Assembly: GCA_050253415.1 (NCBI GenBank)
Contig: JBFWJC010000006.1
Location: 64,001-128,000, forward strand
DNA: 64,000 bases
Source: Pedobacter sp.
GTDB lineage: Bacteria > Desulfobacterota > Desulfuromonadia > Desulfuromonadales > Syntrophotaleaceae
Direction: 5' to 3'
Shown one piece after another: positions 38,774-49,631 of the stretch; within the stretch, counting starts at the first letter, position 1, and the number at the start of each line of letters is the position of its first letter. Under the pieces are notes generated by a model. The model was given only the letters and a program-made list of their open reading frames with translations, did no database searches and was not told the DNA's origin. Made by a program: the position numbers and the translations under genes.

Positions 38774-41700
38774 TTAGGTTTCGGACGGTTGCTGGTCCTC
38801 GAATTCCTCCAGTTCTCCCTGGGCCGTCGGCTCCAGGGTCGGATCCAGCTTCCGGCCGCGCCAGATGTAAAAAATGACAGGATAGGCAAGCATCTCCATC
38901 GCCAGGGATGTTACCGAGCCGCCAACCATGGGGGCGGCGATGCGTTTCATCACATCGGCCCCCGCGCCGGTGCTCCACATGACGGGCAGCAGGCCGACTA
39001 TAATGGTGATCACGGTCATCACCTTGGGGCGGATACGCTTGACCGCGCCGTGGTGAACAGCCTGCTTCAGGTCGCCCCGGGTGAGCATTCGCCCCTTGTC
39101 CGTCCAGTTCCGATGCGCGATGTCGAGGTAAAGGAGCATGACCACCCCGGTCTCGGCGTCAAGACCGGCTAAAGCGATGAGCCCAACCCACACCCCGATG
39201 GACATGTTGTAATCGAGCAGATAGAGCAGCCAGAAAGCGCCCACCAGCGAGAACGGAACGGCCAGTAGCACGATTCCGGTTTTGACCGCCGAGCGGGTGC
39301 TCAGATAGATGAGAAGGAAAATGACCACCGCCGTCAGGGGGATGACCAGCATCAGGCGTTTCTGGGTCGACTCGATGTACTCGTACTGTCCGCTCCAGAC
39401 GATGTTGTAGCCGGGCGGCAGGGTAATGTTCTCGGCGACCGCCTTGCGGGCGTTTTTCACATAGGTGCCGACGTCGATCCCCTTGAGATCGACAAAAACC
39501 CAGGCGGTGCGCCGGGCATTCTCGGTCTTGATGGCGCCCGGGCCCTTGCTGATGCGGATATCGGCAATCTGCCCGATGGGGATGTGCCTGCCCTCGGCGA
39601 TGGGGATCAGCACCCTTTTCAGGGCCGGCAGATCGTTGCGGTAATCCTGCAGATAGCGAATGTTCACCGGATAACGTTCCAGCCCCTCGACGGTCTGGGT
39701 GACGTTCATGCCACCGATGGCGCTCTGGATGATGTCTTGCACATCACCGACGTTCAGCCCGTAACGGGCCGCTTGGTCGCGATCGATGACGAAGTCGAGA
39801 TAGTTGCCCCCGACCACGCGCTCGGAAAAGGCGCTCAGGGTGCCGGGCAGGGTCTTGACCAGGGCCTCGACCTCCTCGCCAAGATCGCTCAAGGTCTGCA
39901 GGTCCGGTCCCATAATCTTGACCCCCACCGGCGTCTTGATGCCGGTGGAGAGCATGTCGATGCGGGTCTTGATGGGCATGGTCCAGGCGTTGGTCAACCC
40001 CGGAAACTGAATGGCCTTGTTGAGTTCCTCGGTCAGTTGCTCAACGGTGATCCGCTTCTCCTCCGGCCAGACCCAGCGCAGCGGTATCTTCACCGGCCCG
40101 GTCCATCCCGGCCAGTCGCTGTAGAATCGCTCCACCTTGAGCTTGCGCCATTCCTCCTCCGGCTTGAGCATGATGGTGGTTTCGATCATCGACAAGGGCG
40201 CCGGATCGGTGGCCGTTTCGGCGCGGCCGATCTTGCCGAAGACATGATGCACCTCGGGGAACTGGCGAATGATGCGATCGGTCTGCTGCAGCAACTCCCT
40301 GGCCTTGGTGATAGAGATCCCCGGCATAGTGGTGGGCATGTAGAGCAAGTCCCCCTCGTACAGAGGCGGCATGAATTCCGTCCCTAACCTGGACAGCGGA
40401 AAGGCGACGGAGAGGACCAGCAGCAGCGCCACCACCAGCGTCGTTTTGCGCCAGCGCAGCACCAGATCGACGACCGGATGGTAGAGGCCAACCAGGAAAC
40501 GGCTGATGGGATTGCGCTCTTCGGAAAGGATTTTCCCCCGAATGAACCAGACCATGAGCACCGGAACCAGGGTGACGGCAAGGATCGCCGCAGCCGCCAT
40601 GGAATAGGTCTTGGTGAAGGCAAGGGGTTTGAAGAGGCGGCCGGCCTGCTCCTGCAGGGTGAAAACCGGAGCGAAGGAGACGGTGATCACCAGCAGGGCG
40701 AAGAAAATGGTGGGGCCGACCTCCTTGGCCGCCTTCGCGATGGTTTCACTGCGCGACTTTCCCTCTCCTTCTTTCTCCAGGTGCTTGTGAGCGTTCTCCA
40801 CCATGATAATGGCCGAGTCGACCATCGTGCCGATGGCGATGGCGATACCGCCCAGGCTCATGATGTTCACGTTGATCCCCTGGGCGTACATGATGATGAA
40901 AGACATCAGAATCGCCACGGGCAGCGTCAGGATGACCACCGCCGCGCTCGGCAGATGAAACAGGAACAGGATGATCACCAGGCCGACGACGATGCTCTCC
41001 TCCAGCAGCTTTTCCTGGAGATTGGAGACCGCGCGCTGGATCAAATTCGAACGGTCGTAAACAGGAACGATCTTCACCCCTTCGGGGAGCCCGGCCTTGA
41101 GTTCCTCGAGCTTTTGTTTGACATTGTCGATGGTCTTGAGGGCGTTTTCACCGAAACGCATGACGATGATGCCACCCACCGTTTCGCCCCGGCCATTGAG
41201 CTCCGCAAGGCCGCGCCGCAGTTCGGGGCCGATGCGTACCTGCGCCAGATCCCGCACCAATATCGGCGTGCCCTGGCGGTCGGTACCGACCACCACCTTC
41301 TCCAGGTCGGCCACGGATTGGATATAGCCCAGACCCCGCACCATGAATTCAGTTTCGGCCATCTCCACCAGACGACCGCCAACGTCATTGTTGCTGCGCT
41401 GGATAGCCATCTTGATCTGCGGGATGGTGATGTGGTAGGCGAGCAGCCGGTCCGGATCCACCGCCACCTGGTACTGCTTGACGTAGCCGCCGATGCTGGC
41501 CACCTCGGAAACCCCTTCCACGGCGGTCAGTTCATAGCGCAAAAACCAGTCCTGGATGGAGCGCAGTTGCTGCAGGTCGTGCCGGTCGCTCTCCAGAGCG
41601 TACTCGTAGACCCAACCGACCCCGGTGGCATCGGGTCCTAGGCTTGGCGTGACCCCCTTCGGCAGCCGCCCGGAGGCATAATTGAGGTATTCGAGCACCC

Positions 41701-42025
41701 GGGACCGGGCCCAGTAGAGATCCGTGCCGTCCTCGAAGATGATGTAGACGAAGGAATAGCCGAAGAATGAGTAACCGCGCACCACCTTCGCCCCCGGCAC
41801 GGCGAGCATCTGGGTGGTCAGTGGATAGGTAATCTGATCCTCAACCACCTGTGGCGCCTGCCCCGGATACTCGGTGAAAATGATCACCTGCACGTCCGAG
41901 AGGTCGGGAATGGCATCGATGGGGATGTTCTTCAGAGAGTAGACCCCTCCGATGAGGAGAAACGCGGTCGCAAGTACCACCATGAACTTGTTGCGAACCG
42001 ACCAATCAATTATTTTTTCAAGCAT
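38774..42025 (-). CDS. cusA: CusA/SilA heavy-metal efflux RND permease
   Basis: DAIPDLSDVQVII, GPDATGVGW, EFMPPL.EGDLLYMP, RIRPKVMT. Confidence 0.96.
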   Translation of the reverse strand: MLEKIIDWSVRNKFMVVLATAFLLIGGVYSLKNIPIDAIPDLSDVQVIIFTEYPGQAPQVVEDQITYPLTTQMLAVPGAKVVRGYSFFGYSFVYIIFEDGTDLYWARSRVLEYLNYASGRLPKGVTPSLGPDATGVGWVYEYALESDRHDLQQLRSIQDWFLRYELTAVEGVSEVASIGGYVKQYQVAVDPDRLLAYHITIPQIKMAIQRSNNDVGGRLVEMAETEFMVRGLGYIQSVADLEKVVVGTDRQGTPILVRDLAQVRIGPELRRGLAELNGRGETVGGIIVMRFGENALKTIDNVKQKLEELKAGLPEGVKIVPVYDRSNLIQRAVSNLQEKLLEESIVVGLVIILFLFHLPSAAVVILTLPVAILMSFIIMYAQGINVNIMSLGGIAIAIGTMVDSAIIMVENAHKHLEKEGEGKSRSETIAKAAKEVGPTIFFALLVITVSFAPVFTLQEQAGRLFKPLAFTKTYSMAAAAILAVTLVPVLMVWFIRGKILSEERNPISRFLVGLYHPVVDLVLRWRKTTLVVALLLVLSVAFPLSRLGTEFMPPLYEGDLLYMPTTMPGISITKARELLQQTDRIIRQFPEVHHVFGKIGRAETATDPAPLSMIETTIMLKPEEEWRKLKVERFYSDWPGWTGPVKIPLRWVWPEEKRITVEQLTEELNKAIQFPGLTNAWTMPIKTRIDMLSTGIKTPVGVKIMGPDLQTLSDLGEEVEALVKTLPGTLSAFSERVVGGNYLDFVIDRDQAARYGLNVGDVQDIIQSAIGGMNVTQTVEGLERYPVNIRYLQDYRNDLPALKRVLIPIAEGRHIPIGQIADIRISKGPGAIKTENARRTAWVFVDLKGIDVGTYVKNARKAVAENITLPPGYNIVWSGQYEYIESTQKRLMLVIPLTAVVIFLLIYLSTRSAVKTGIVLLAVPFSLVGAFWLLYLLDYNMSIGVWVGLIALAGLDAETGVVMLLYLDIAHRNWTDKGRMLTRGDLKQAVHHGAVKRIRPKVMTVITIIVGLLPVMWSTGAGADVMKRIAAPMVGGSVTSLAMEMLAYPVIFYIWRGRKLDPTLEPTAQGELEEFEDQQPSET

Positions 42026-42035
42026 TTATATAACC

Positions 42036-42171
42036 CCGTCATTGGTCACTGGTCATGGGTTCAAGGAAAAAGTTTGTTCAAAACCGTCATTGGTCACTGG
42101 TCATTGGGTAAAGACAAGCCCGTCACCGTCTTTAGTTTAAACAAATGACCAATGACAAAGGACGAATGACG
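42036..42171. repeat. Heptamer (GTCA[C/T]TG) direct and inverted repeat element
   Basis: CCGTCATTGGTCACTGGTCAT at 42036 and 42084; inverted AATGACCAATGAC...GAATGAC at 42144-42170. Confidence 0.8.
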
Positions 42172-42179
42172 ATTTCATC

Positions 42180-43673
42180 CTATTCAAACAACCCTTCCAG
42201 ATCCTCCTCAGGCATGTCGTGCCCTTCGTGGACAGCGGCCGGAGCAGGCTCGGCCATTTTTGGCTCCCGCATCTTCTGAATCGCTTCGCGCAGACGGCTT
42301 TCCGAATCGAACAGGAACTGGGCGCTGGTCACGACTGTCTCGCCTTCAAGAATCCCCTGGGTGATTTCGATGAATCCGTCCTGGTCCTGCACCCCGATCT
42401 TCACCTGACGAGGCTCGAACTTGCCCTCGCCGAGAGCGACGAACACCGTCTGCTTCTCTCCGGAATGGATCACCGCTTCACTGGGCACGGCCAGGGCTCC
42501 CTTGACTTCCTGGCCATGGACCCGCACGTTTACGTACATATCGGGTTTGAGCTCCAGGCCGGGATTAGGGAACTCCAATCGCGCTTTGACCGTACGGGTT
42601 TTGGGGTCAACATAGGGATAAATTGTGGTGATTTTGGCGGTGAGAGATTTGCCGCCGACAAACGGCAACAGCACTTCCGCCGTCTGCCCTACCTTGACCC
42701 AAGGCAGTTCGTATTCGTAGATATCGGCATAGACCCACACCCGCGAGATATCGCCGATCTGGAACAGTTCCTGACCGGCCTTGATAAACTGTCCGGGCAT
42801 GGCCATTTTCATCATCACCACCCCTTTATAGGGCGCGTACAGCGTCAGGGTCTTGCGCACCTCGCCGGTCTTCTCCAACTGACGGATCTGCCGGTCGCTG
42901 ATATCCCAATACCGCAGACGTTGCCGAGCGGCCTGCAGCAACCGATCGCCACCGTCAGCGATTTCCGTAAAGGCACTATCTTTGAGTGCATCTTTGTTAC
43001 GCAGGGCCAGCAGATACTCCTGCTGGGCCGAGACCAATTTGGGACTGTAAAGTTCCAGTAACGGCTGACCTTTCCGCACCAGTTGCCCGGTCTGATCCAC
43101 ATACAGCTTTTCGACCCAGCCATCCACCTTGGCATTAATGGAAGTCACTTTCGGCTCGTCGTAATCGATATTGCCAACGGTGCGAATCGAGCGGTGCAGA
43201 TCGCGACGTGTTACCTGCGCGGTGCGCACCCCCATATTCTGGGCAGTCACCGGATCGATGGTGATGGTCGAACCACTCTGAGCCTCATCCTCATACACCG
43301 GAACAAGGTCCATGCCCATGGGTGATTTTCCGGGCTCGTCGCGAATGTAGGTAGGGTCCATGGGAGCCACCCAGTACTTGATCTTACGCTCACCTTTGGA
43401 CATCTCCCCCTGCGAGGTCTCCGTGGAAACCTGCCCGACAGTTCCGGCCTTCACCGGCGTGAGGGCCATGCCGCAGATTGGGCAGTTGCCAGGCTCATCG
43501 GCAATCACCCAGGGATGCATGCCGCAGGTGTATTGCTGGTGTGCTTCGTGGCTGGCCTGCTCGGATTCGGGAGCCGACCTGTGCAAGGCGTACCATGCCG
43601 AGGCCAGAACCAGGGGCAGAAAAAGCAAAGTAATTATCAACAAACGTTTTCGTAAACGTGTCATGGCACTCAT
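42180..43673 (-). CDS. cusB: CusB efflux RND periplasmic adaptor
   Basis: YTCGMHP..CPICGM, YWVAPMDP..PGKSPMGMDLVP, YSP.L..AQQEY, LKPDMY. Start could also be 43664. Confidence 0.93.
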   Translation of the reverse strand: MSAMTRLRKRLLIITLLFLPLVLASAWYALHRSAPESEQASHEAHQQYTCGMHPWVIADEPGNCPICGMALTPVKAGTVGQVSTETSQGEMSKGERKIKYWVAPMDPTYIRDEPGKSPMGMDLVPVYEDEAQSGSTITIDPVTAQNMGVRTAQVTRRDLHRSIRTVGNIDYDEPKVTSINAKVDGWVEKLYVDQTGQLVRKGQPLLELYSPKLVSAQQEYLLALRNKDALKDSAFTEIADGGDRLLQAARQRLRYWDISDRQIRQLEKTGEVRKTLTLYAPYKGVVMMKMAMPGQFIKAGQELFQIGDISRVWVYADIYEYELPWVKVGQTAEVLLPFVGGKSLTAKITTIYPYVDPKTRTVKARLEFPNPGLELKPDMYVNVRVHGQEVKGALAVPSEAVIHSGEKQTVFVALGEGKFEPRQVKIGVQDQDGFIEITQGILEGETVVTSAQFLFDSESRLREAIQKMREPKMAEPAPAAVHEGHDMPEEDLEGLFE

Positions 43674-43697
43674 CCTGATTTTTGATTTCAAGTTTTT

Positions 43698-43775
43698 CTT
43701 CGCGCCTTCGCGTCTTCGCGTGAGATAACAACAACGGTATTTCATTTTTCACGCGAAGCCGCGAAGAATGCGAAG
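43698..43775. repeat. Octamer (CTTCGCG[C/T]) x3 with an inverted copy
   Basis: CTTCGCGC-CTTCGCGT-CTTCGCGTGA ... TCACGCGAAG-CCGCGAAG-AATGCGAAG. Confidence 0.8.
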
Positions 43776-43787
43776 CTAATTTAATCG

Positions 43788-45116
43788 CTAATCTTCCTGA
43801 CCGAACGCAAGCTCCCGCCCCACCGCAGCCTCAAGTTGGGCGACGCTGCGCCCATGCTCGGACAGCGCGCGATGGTAATCGATCTGGTAACGATACAAGT
43901 TCATCAGACCGTCAAGCAGATTGAGAAAATCAGTGTCACCAACCTGGTAGGCAGCCAGACTTGCCTCATAGCTCTGCTGGGCCTGAGGGATGATCCCGGT
44001 CTGATATAACTGGACCAGGTTACGGTTCTTTTCCAGCTGGGCGTACTGGTCGGAAATGGTGAATTCGACCCGGTTGCGGAATTCCTCAAGCTGGCTGCGG
44101 GCCATGCGCAAGGCCGAATCCGCCTCGGCCACCGCCGCCCCCCGTTTTCCCTGCCACAACGGTAGATTGATACTGATGCCGGCGCTGACGAAATCGCTTC
44201 CCGCGGCGGGATCCCCAGCTATCTCCTCACGCTGGCGATAGCCCGCAAAGACGTTGACATCAGGATAGTAGTCAAGTTTGGCCAACCTCCGTTGTGCCTG
44301 GTAACCATCGATCATCGACTGGTAGGCGGCAAAAAAAGGTCGTTCTGTTCGTGCCATCTCGATCAAAGCCGGCAAATCCTTTCCGACCGGGGTCTGGGAA
44401 AGGATATCCGGCAGGTCAACAGGGGTTGTGCCAGGACGGCTTAAAAGCCGGTTAAGATCCGCGATGGCGGTTATCCTCTGTTGCTCCAGATTAAACAGCT
44501 TATCCTGGAGCTTCGAACGCTCGACCTGGGCTTTGAGCACATCCTGCTGCAGACCGGTGCCCACCGCATAACGCGTCTCAGTCAGCCGCGTAAAATCCTT
44601 CAGTATCGCTATATTCCTCCGGGTGACATCGATAGCCTGTTCCTGAAAATAGAGGCGATACCAAGCATCTTTAACCTTTTGAACCAATTGTAGCCTGGCC
44701 TCCTCATAGATGCCCCGATACCATAACGCCTGCTGCTCTGCCATCTTCTCTTTGGCAGCCAATTTGCCGGGAAAAGGCAACATCTGAGACAACTGGATTT
44801 CCTTGCCTGTCATAGGGGTCACGCTGTCGGAAAAACTGTCGACTGGATAGTTCGACAGCACCAAACTCAGTTTTGGATCGTCGAGGCTGCCAACCTGGAG
44901 GATCTTGTGTGTGGCCATGTCCCAACGCGCCTTGGCAGCCAGCAGATCCGGGTTATCGGCCAGTGCTTTTATGACCAGTTCGTCGAGTGTCATGGGAGCG
45001 TAATGCCTGGCCGGACCGTCTGTCAGAACCACATCCTGAGCCATCACCGCCCCACCGGACCCGAATAAAAGACAGAAGACCCATAACCCCATAAAAACCG
45101 TTATGTTATTCGTCAT
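43788..45116 (-). CDS. TolC-family outer-membrane efflux protein of the Cus system
   Basis: NPDL.AA, SQ.LPFPGK, Y..G...QQDVL.AQ, LPLW; SD GGAGAGG before ATG 45116. Confidence 0.92.
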   Translation of the reverse strand: MTNNITVFMGLWVFCLLFGSGGAVMAQDVVLTDGPARHYAPMTLDELVIKALADNPDLLAAKARWDMATHKILQVGSLDDPKLSLVLSNYPVDSFSDSVTPMTGKEIQLSQMLPFPGKLAAKEKMAEQQALWYRGIYEEARLQLVQKVKDAWYRLYFQEQAIDVTRRNIAILKDFTRLTETRYAVGTGLQQDVLKAQVERSKLQDKLFNLEQQRITAIADLNRLLSRPGTTPVDLPDILSQTPVGKDLPALIEMARTERPFFAAYQSMIDGYQAQRRLAKLDYYPDVNVFAGYRQREEIAGDPAAGSDFVSAGISINLPLWQGKRGAAVAEADSALRMARSQLEEFRNRVEFTISDQYAQLEKNRNLVQLYQTGIIPQAQQSYEASLAAYQVGDTDFLNLLDGLMNLYRYQIDYHRALSEHGRSVAQLEAAVGRELAFGQED

Positions 45117-45475
45117 GTTAGAACCTCTCCTGATGGACTGGATAATATGCGTAAGCAATTAAACTATAGCTGTAATCAACGAAACCGCGAGAGTCCTGCG
45201 GCAAGAGTCCCGCGATCTGGGCGATACGGATGAAACACCCGACCCAACGCTTACGCAACCCTATTGCCTTGACCGCCGGGGTAATGTCTAACCCGAGCAA
45301 CATGCAAAACAAGGATGGCGGGTTTGCAGTACCCACACAGCAACCCAAAAGGTTGATTTTTTACGCCAGCAAGGCGTTTATGGATAAAGTTCCAGCTTTG
45401 GCTGATGAAAGATACAAGAGTGCGATAGTTCGGCTCCGCGCGAAATTTGCGGAGCAAACCAATCCTGGGAGAGGC

Positions 45476-45868
45476 TTAAATCAGAAAGGAACAAACACGG
45501 AGGAAGACCGGGGCACTCCCGCCAGGTGGGTGAGAGGCTACCTGGTAGCGGAACGTCTTGAAGATACCCTCGGTAAGACGAAGGAAAAACGAAGGGGTTG
45601 TGCGGATATCCGCCAGGTGAGCGGCATCGAGTTGAACTTTTTGACTTACGGTAGCCAGTTGCGAGGAAGGCTGGCTCGTCGCCAACTGACAGTGATGCGT
45701 CAATTGGTCAAAACCGTCAACCTCAGGCCGGTTGTTCTCCGTCCCTTGGCAGCAGGACATAGGGGAAGCGCTTTTCTCCATTCCACATCGGTGCGAAACC
45801 GCACCGAAAACCCCTGCCGGAAACAGCATGGCCAGAATCAGAAGAGATGTAAGAAAGCGAAACCGCAT
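45476..45868 (-). CDS. Secreted Cys/His-motif protein (HxC / CC / PP..CSFLI); candidate leader peptide of the cus operon
   Basis: Signal-like N-terminus, HRCG, SCC, HHC, HPPGGSAPVFLRVCSFLI; paralog of 32687-33076. Confidence 0.8.
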   Translation of the reverse strand: MRFRFLTSLLILAMLFPAGVFGAVSHRCGMEKSASPMSCCQGTENNRPEVDGFDQLTHHCQLATSQPSSQLATVSQKVQLDAAHLADIRTTPSFFLRLTEGIFKTFRYQVASHPPGGSAPVFLRVCSFLI

Positions 45869-45949
45869 AGCAAAAACCCTGAGTACAATGGCCTAAAAAG
45901 AGACGCAAAGAGTGCCCTACTAATTATATCGAGTTCCAACCCTTAAAAA

Positions 45950-45978
45950 ACACTAGCAGCGTACTAGATTATTGTCAA
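45950..45978 (-). promoter_or_regulatory. Sigma70 promoter for the leader-cusCBA operon
   Basis: TTGACA-N17-TAGTGT on the minus strand; imperfect palindrome CTAG-N7-CTAG overlapping the spacer and -10. Confidence 0.55.
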
Positions 45979-46029
45979 ACAATTTTCGGATATGAGCTTA
46001 ACCAGAACATAAGGTACGACTACGCGCGT

Positions 46030-46956
46030 TCAATCGTTGAAAAGTTCGGTAGACAAGTAACGCTCGCCCGTATCCGGCAGAATCACCACAATCTGCTTAT
46101 CGCGATTTTCCACGCGACTGGCCACTTCCAGCGCAGCACAGACTGCCGCACCCGAAGAAATCCCGGCCAGCAAACCTTCTTCGCGGGCCAGACGCCGAGC
46201 CATTTCCAGAGCCTGCTCGTTGCTTATCCTGATAATCTCATCGATAACGCTCTTATTTAAAATCTCAGGCACAAAGCCGGCGCCAATCCCCTGGATCTTG
46301 TGCGCTCCCGGAGGACCACCGCTGAGAACCGCCGAATCGGAAGGTTCGACGGCCACCACCTGAAAATCAGGTTTACGCTCCTTGATCACTTCGGCAATAC
46401 CGGTCAAGGTGCCACCGGTACCAATCCCGGCGACCAGAATATCGACTTTTCCATCGGTATCCCGCCAGATTTCTTCAGCTGTGGTACGCCGATGAATGGC
46501 GGGGTTGGCCGGATTGCGAAACTGCTGGGGCACAAAGGCATGTTCGATGTTCAAGGCGAGCTCTTCCGCCTTGTCGATCGCGCCTTGCATGCCCAGGGTT
46601 TTAGGTGTCAACACCACCTCAGCACCAAATGCGGCCACCAGATTGCGGCGCTCCACACTCATGCTTTCCGGCATGGTCAGAATCAGGCGATAGCCCCGCA
46701 CCGCAGCCAGCATGGCCAGAGCTATCCCGGTATTTCCGCTGGTCGGTTCGATAATCACGGAATCCTGTTGCAGCAGCCCCTTTTCTTCGGCATCGAGAAT
46801 CATGCTTAAAGCGGTTCTGTCCTTGACGCTTCCGCCGGGGTTGAAAGACTCCAGCTTGGCGAGTACCTCCGCAGCGTCGGGTGCGCTGATACGCCGCAGA
46901 CGTAAGAGCGGCGTCCCGCCGATCAACTCGATAAGGCTGTCATGGATATTTGCCAC
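46030..46956 (-). CDS. cysK: Cysteine synthase A
   Basis: [40 protein letters not shown]. Confidence 0.96.
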   Translation of the reverse strand: MANIHDSLIELIGGTPLLRLRRISAPDAAEVLAKLESFNPGGSVKDRTALSMILDAEEKGLLQQDSVIIEPTSGNTGIALAMLAAVRGYRLILTMPESMSVERRNLVAAFGAEVVLTPKTLGMQGAIDKAEELALNIEHAFVPQQFRNPANPAIHRRTTAEEIWRDTDGKVDILVAGIGTGGTLTGIAEVIKERKPDFQVVAVEPSDSAVLSGGPPGAHKIQGIGAGFVPEILNKSVIDEIIRISNEQALEMARRLAREEGLLAGISSGAAVCAALEVASRVENRDKQIVVILPDTGERYLSTELFND

Positions 46957-47116
46957 GCTATTTCCCTTTCCATTTTATGCCGTGCCGCCATGATTCTACC
47001 CTGCCCGTCCCCTTCAAAATAACCGAGCACCAAAGGGGCAGAACAAACATGGCAGGACTATTGATCCTTCACCCCGGCTATCTGACCAGGGTGAAGGATA
47101 GATTTCTTTTACCTCC

Positions 47117-48427
<1,311 letters not shown>

Positions 48428-48585
48428 TCATCATTGTTTATAGTGAACTATCAGGGCCTATTGCCCATACCTATCATGTCGGATATTCAAATTCCGCTTA
48501 CTGATCTTTTTGGTCAAGTTTGCATTTAAAAAAAATCGCGCATGTGTCACAACCGGCGTCAGGAGCTTCGACTCGGGTGCGATGA

Positions 48586-49407
48586 TCAAAAAGGTACTTC
48601 CACCACTTCCATGTCGAGCAGATTGAGGTGCAATTTGCGATGACGCAATGAATCGCCCTCATCGATAAGCACCTTGCAAGCCTCGGCGACCTGAAAACTT
48701 GCCGCGACCCCCGGAGTAAAGGAAGGATTACCCAGTTCGGATTCGACCCCTTTGCCGTTTTTGAAGCGGCTGTAAATCTTCTGCAACGTGGTGTCTCCGG
48801 GGTACTGGGTAGCCACATGACCATACCACCCCGCTATCGCTCCGTGTACCAGGGGAATGCCTGCCGCACCGCAAATATCGGCAAGGGCAAACCGAGCCGG
48901 CACATTATCCACGGCATCGACCACCACGTCGGCTCCGGCTACGATCTGCGCCCCGTTATCCGGTCCAAAAGCAGCACGAACCGGCACCAGTGTTACCGCC
49001 GGATTGATATCGGATATCCGGCTTGCAGCCACCTCGACCTTGGCGTGACCGAGTAAGCGGGGAGAAGATAACAATTGCCTGTTAAGGTTATGTTCTTCAA
49101 ACGTATCGGGATCGACAGCCGTTATCCTCCCAACTCCGAGCCGCGCCAGTTGTTCAAGCACGTAACCGCCAAGCCCCCCACATCCAATCACTACGGCATG
49201 GCTATTGAACAAATGCCGTTGTTGCTTGATGCTGATCATATTGCGGTTACGCTGATAACGGGCCGGCAAGAGATCCAGATAAAGGATCGCACCCTCAACG
49301 GTAGCGAGGGATAGTTCGAAACGCTCGGCTGCCTCCACCTGGTCGGACCATGACACCAGATCGCCTTGTGCCGCATCCTTAAGAAAAGAATCAAGAGTGG
49401 CCATCAT
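48586..49407 (-). CDS. HesA/MoeB/ThiF family adenylyltransferase
   Basis: RYQRN, GCGGLGG, D.D..E..NLNRQ, DAVDN. Confidence 0.9.
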   Translation of the reverse strand: MMATLDSFLKDAAQGDLVSWSDQVEAAERFELSLATVEGAILYLDLLPARYQRNRNMISIKQQRHLFNSHAVVIGCGGLGGYVLEQLARLGVGRITAVDPDTFEEHNLNRQLLSSPRLLGHAKVEVAASRISDINPAVTLVPVRAAFGPDNGAQIVAGADVVVDAVDNVPARFALADICGAAGIPLVHGAIAGWYGHVATQYPGDTTLQKIYSRFKNGKGVESELGNPSFTPGVAASFQVAEACKVLIDEGDSLRHRKLHLNLLDMEVVEVPF

Positions 49408-49631
49408 CAACCTCCTCCTACCAGGGGGAAAATGGACAGGCTGTCGCCTTCCTTCAGTTCCTGGTCAGCCTCTACGTGCCTGGCATTAATCAGGACGGCA
49501 CCAAGCTGGTCCTCAGGGAGGTCAAGTTCCTTGATAACATCTGAAACCATGGTCCCTTCCTGGTACTCGCAAATTTTCTCCTTAAACCTGTCATTGCGAA
49601 ATGTAGCAAAAAGCTTAACGCACACCTTCAT
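49407..49631 (-). CDS. MoaD/ThiS family sulfur carrier
   Basis: VKLFATFR...L.EGD..SIFPLVGGG; C-terminal GG. Confidence 0.92.
   Translation of the reverse strand: MKVCVKLFATFRNDRFKEKICEYQEGTMVSDVIKELDLPEDQLGAVLINARHVEADQELKEGDSLSIFPLVGGG

Noticed and set aside
45230..45946. 238-aa plus-strand ORF and short minus-strand ORFs in the leader spacer
   Set aside because: No recognisable motifs or SD; the long one is antisense to the leader ORF that has a paralog.
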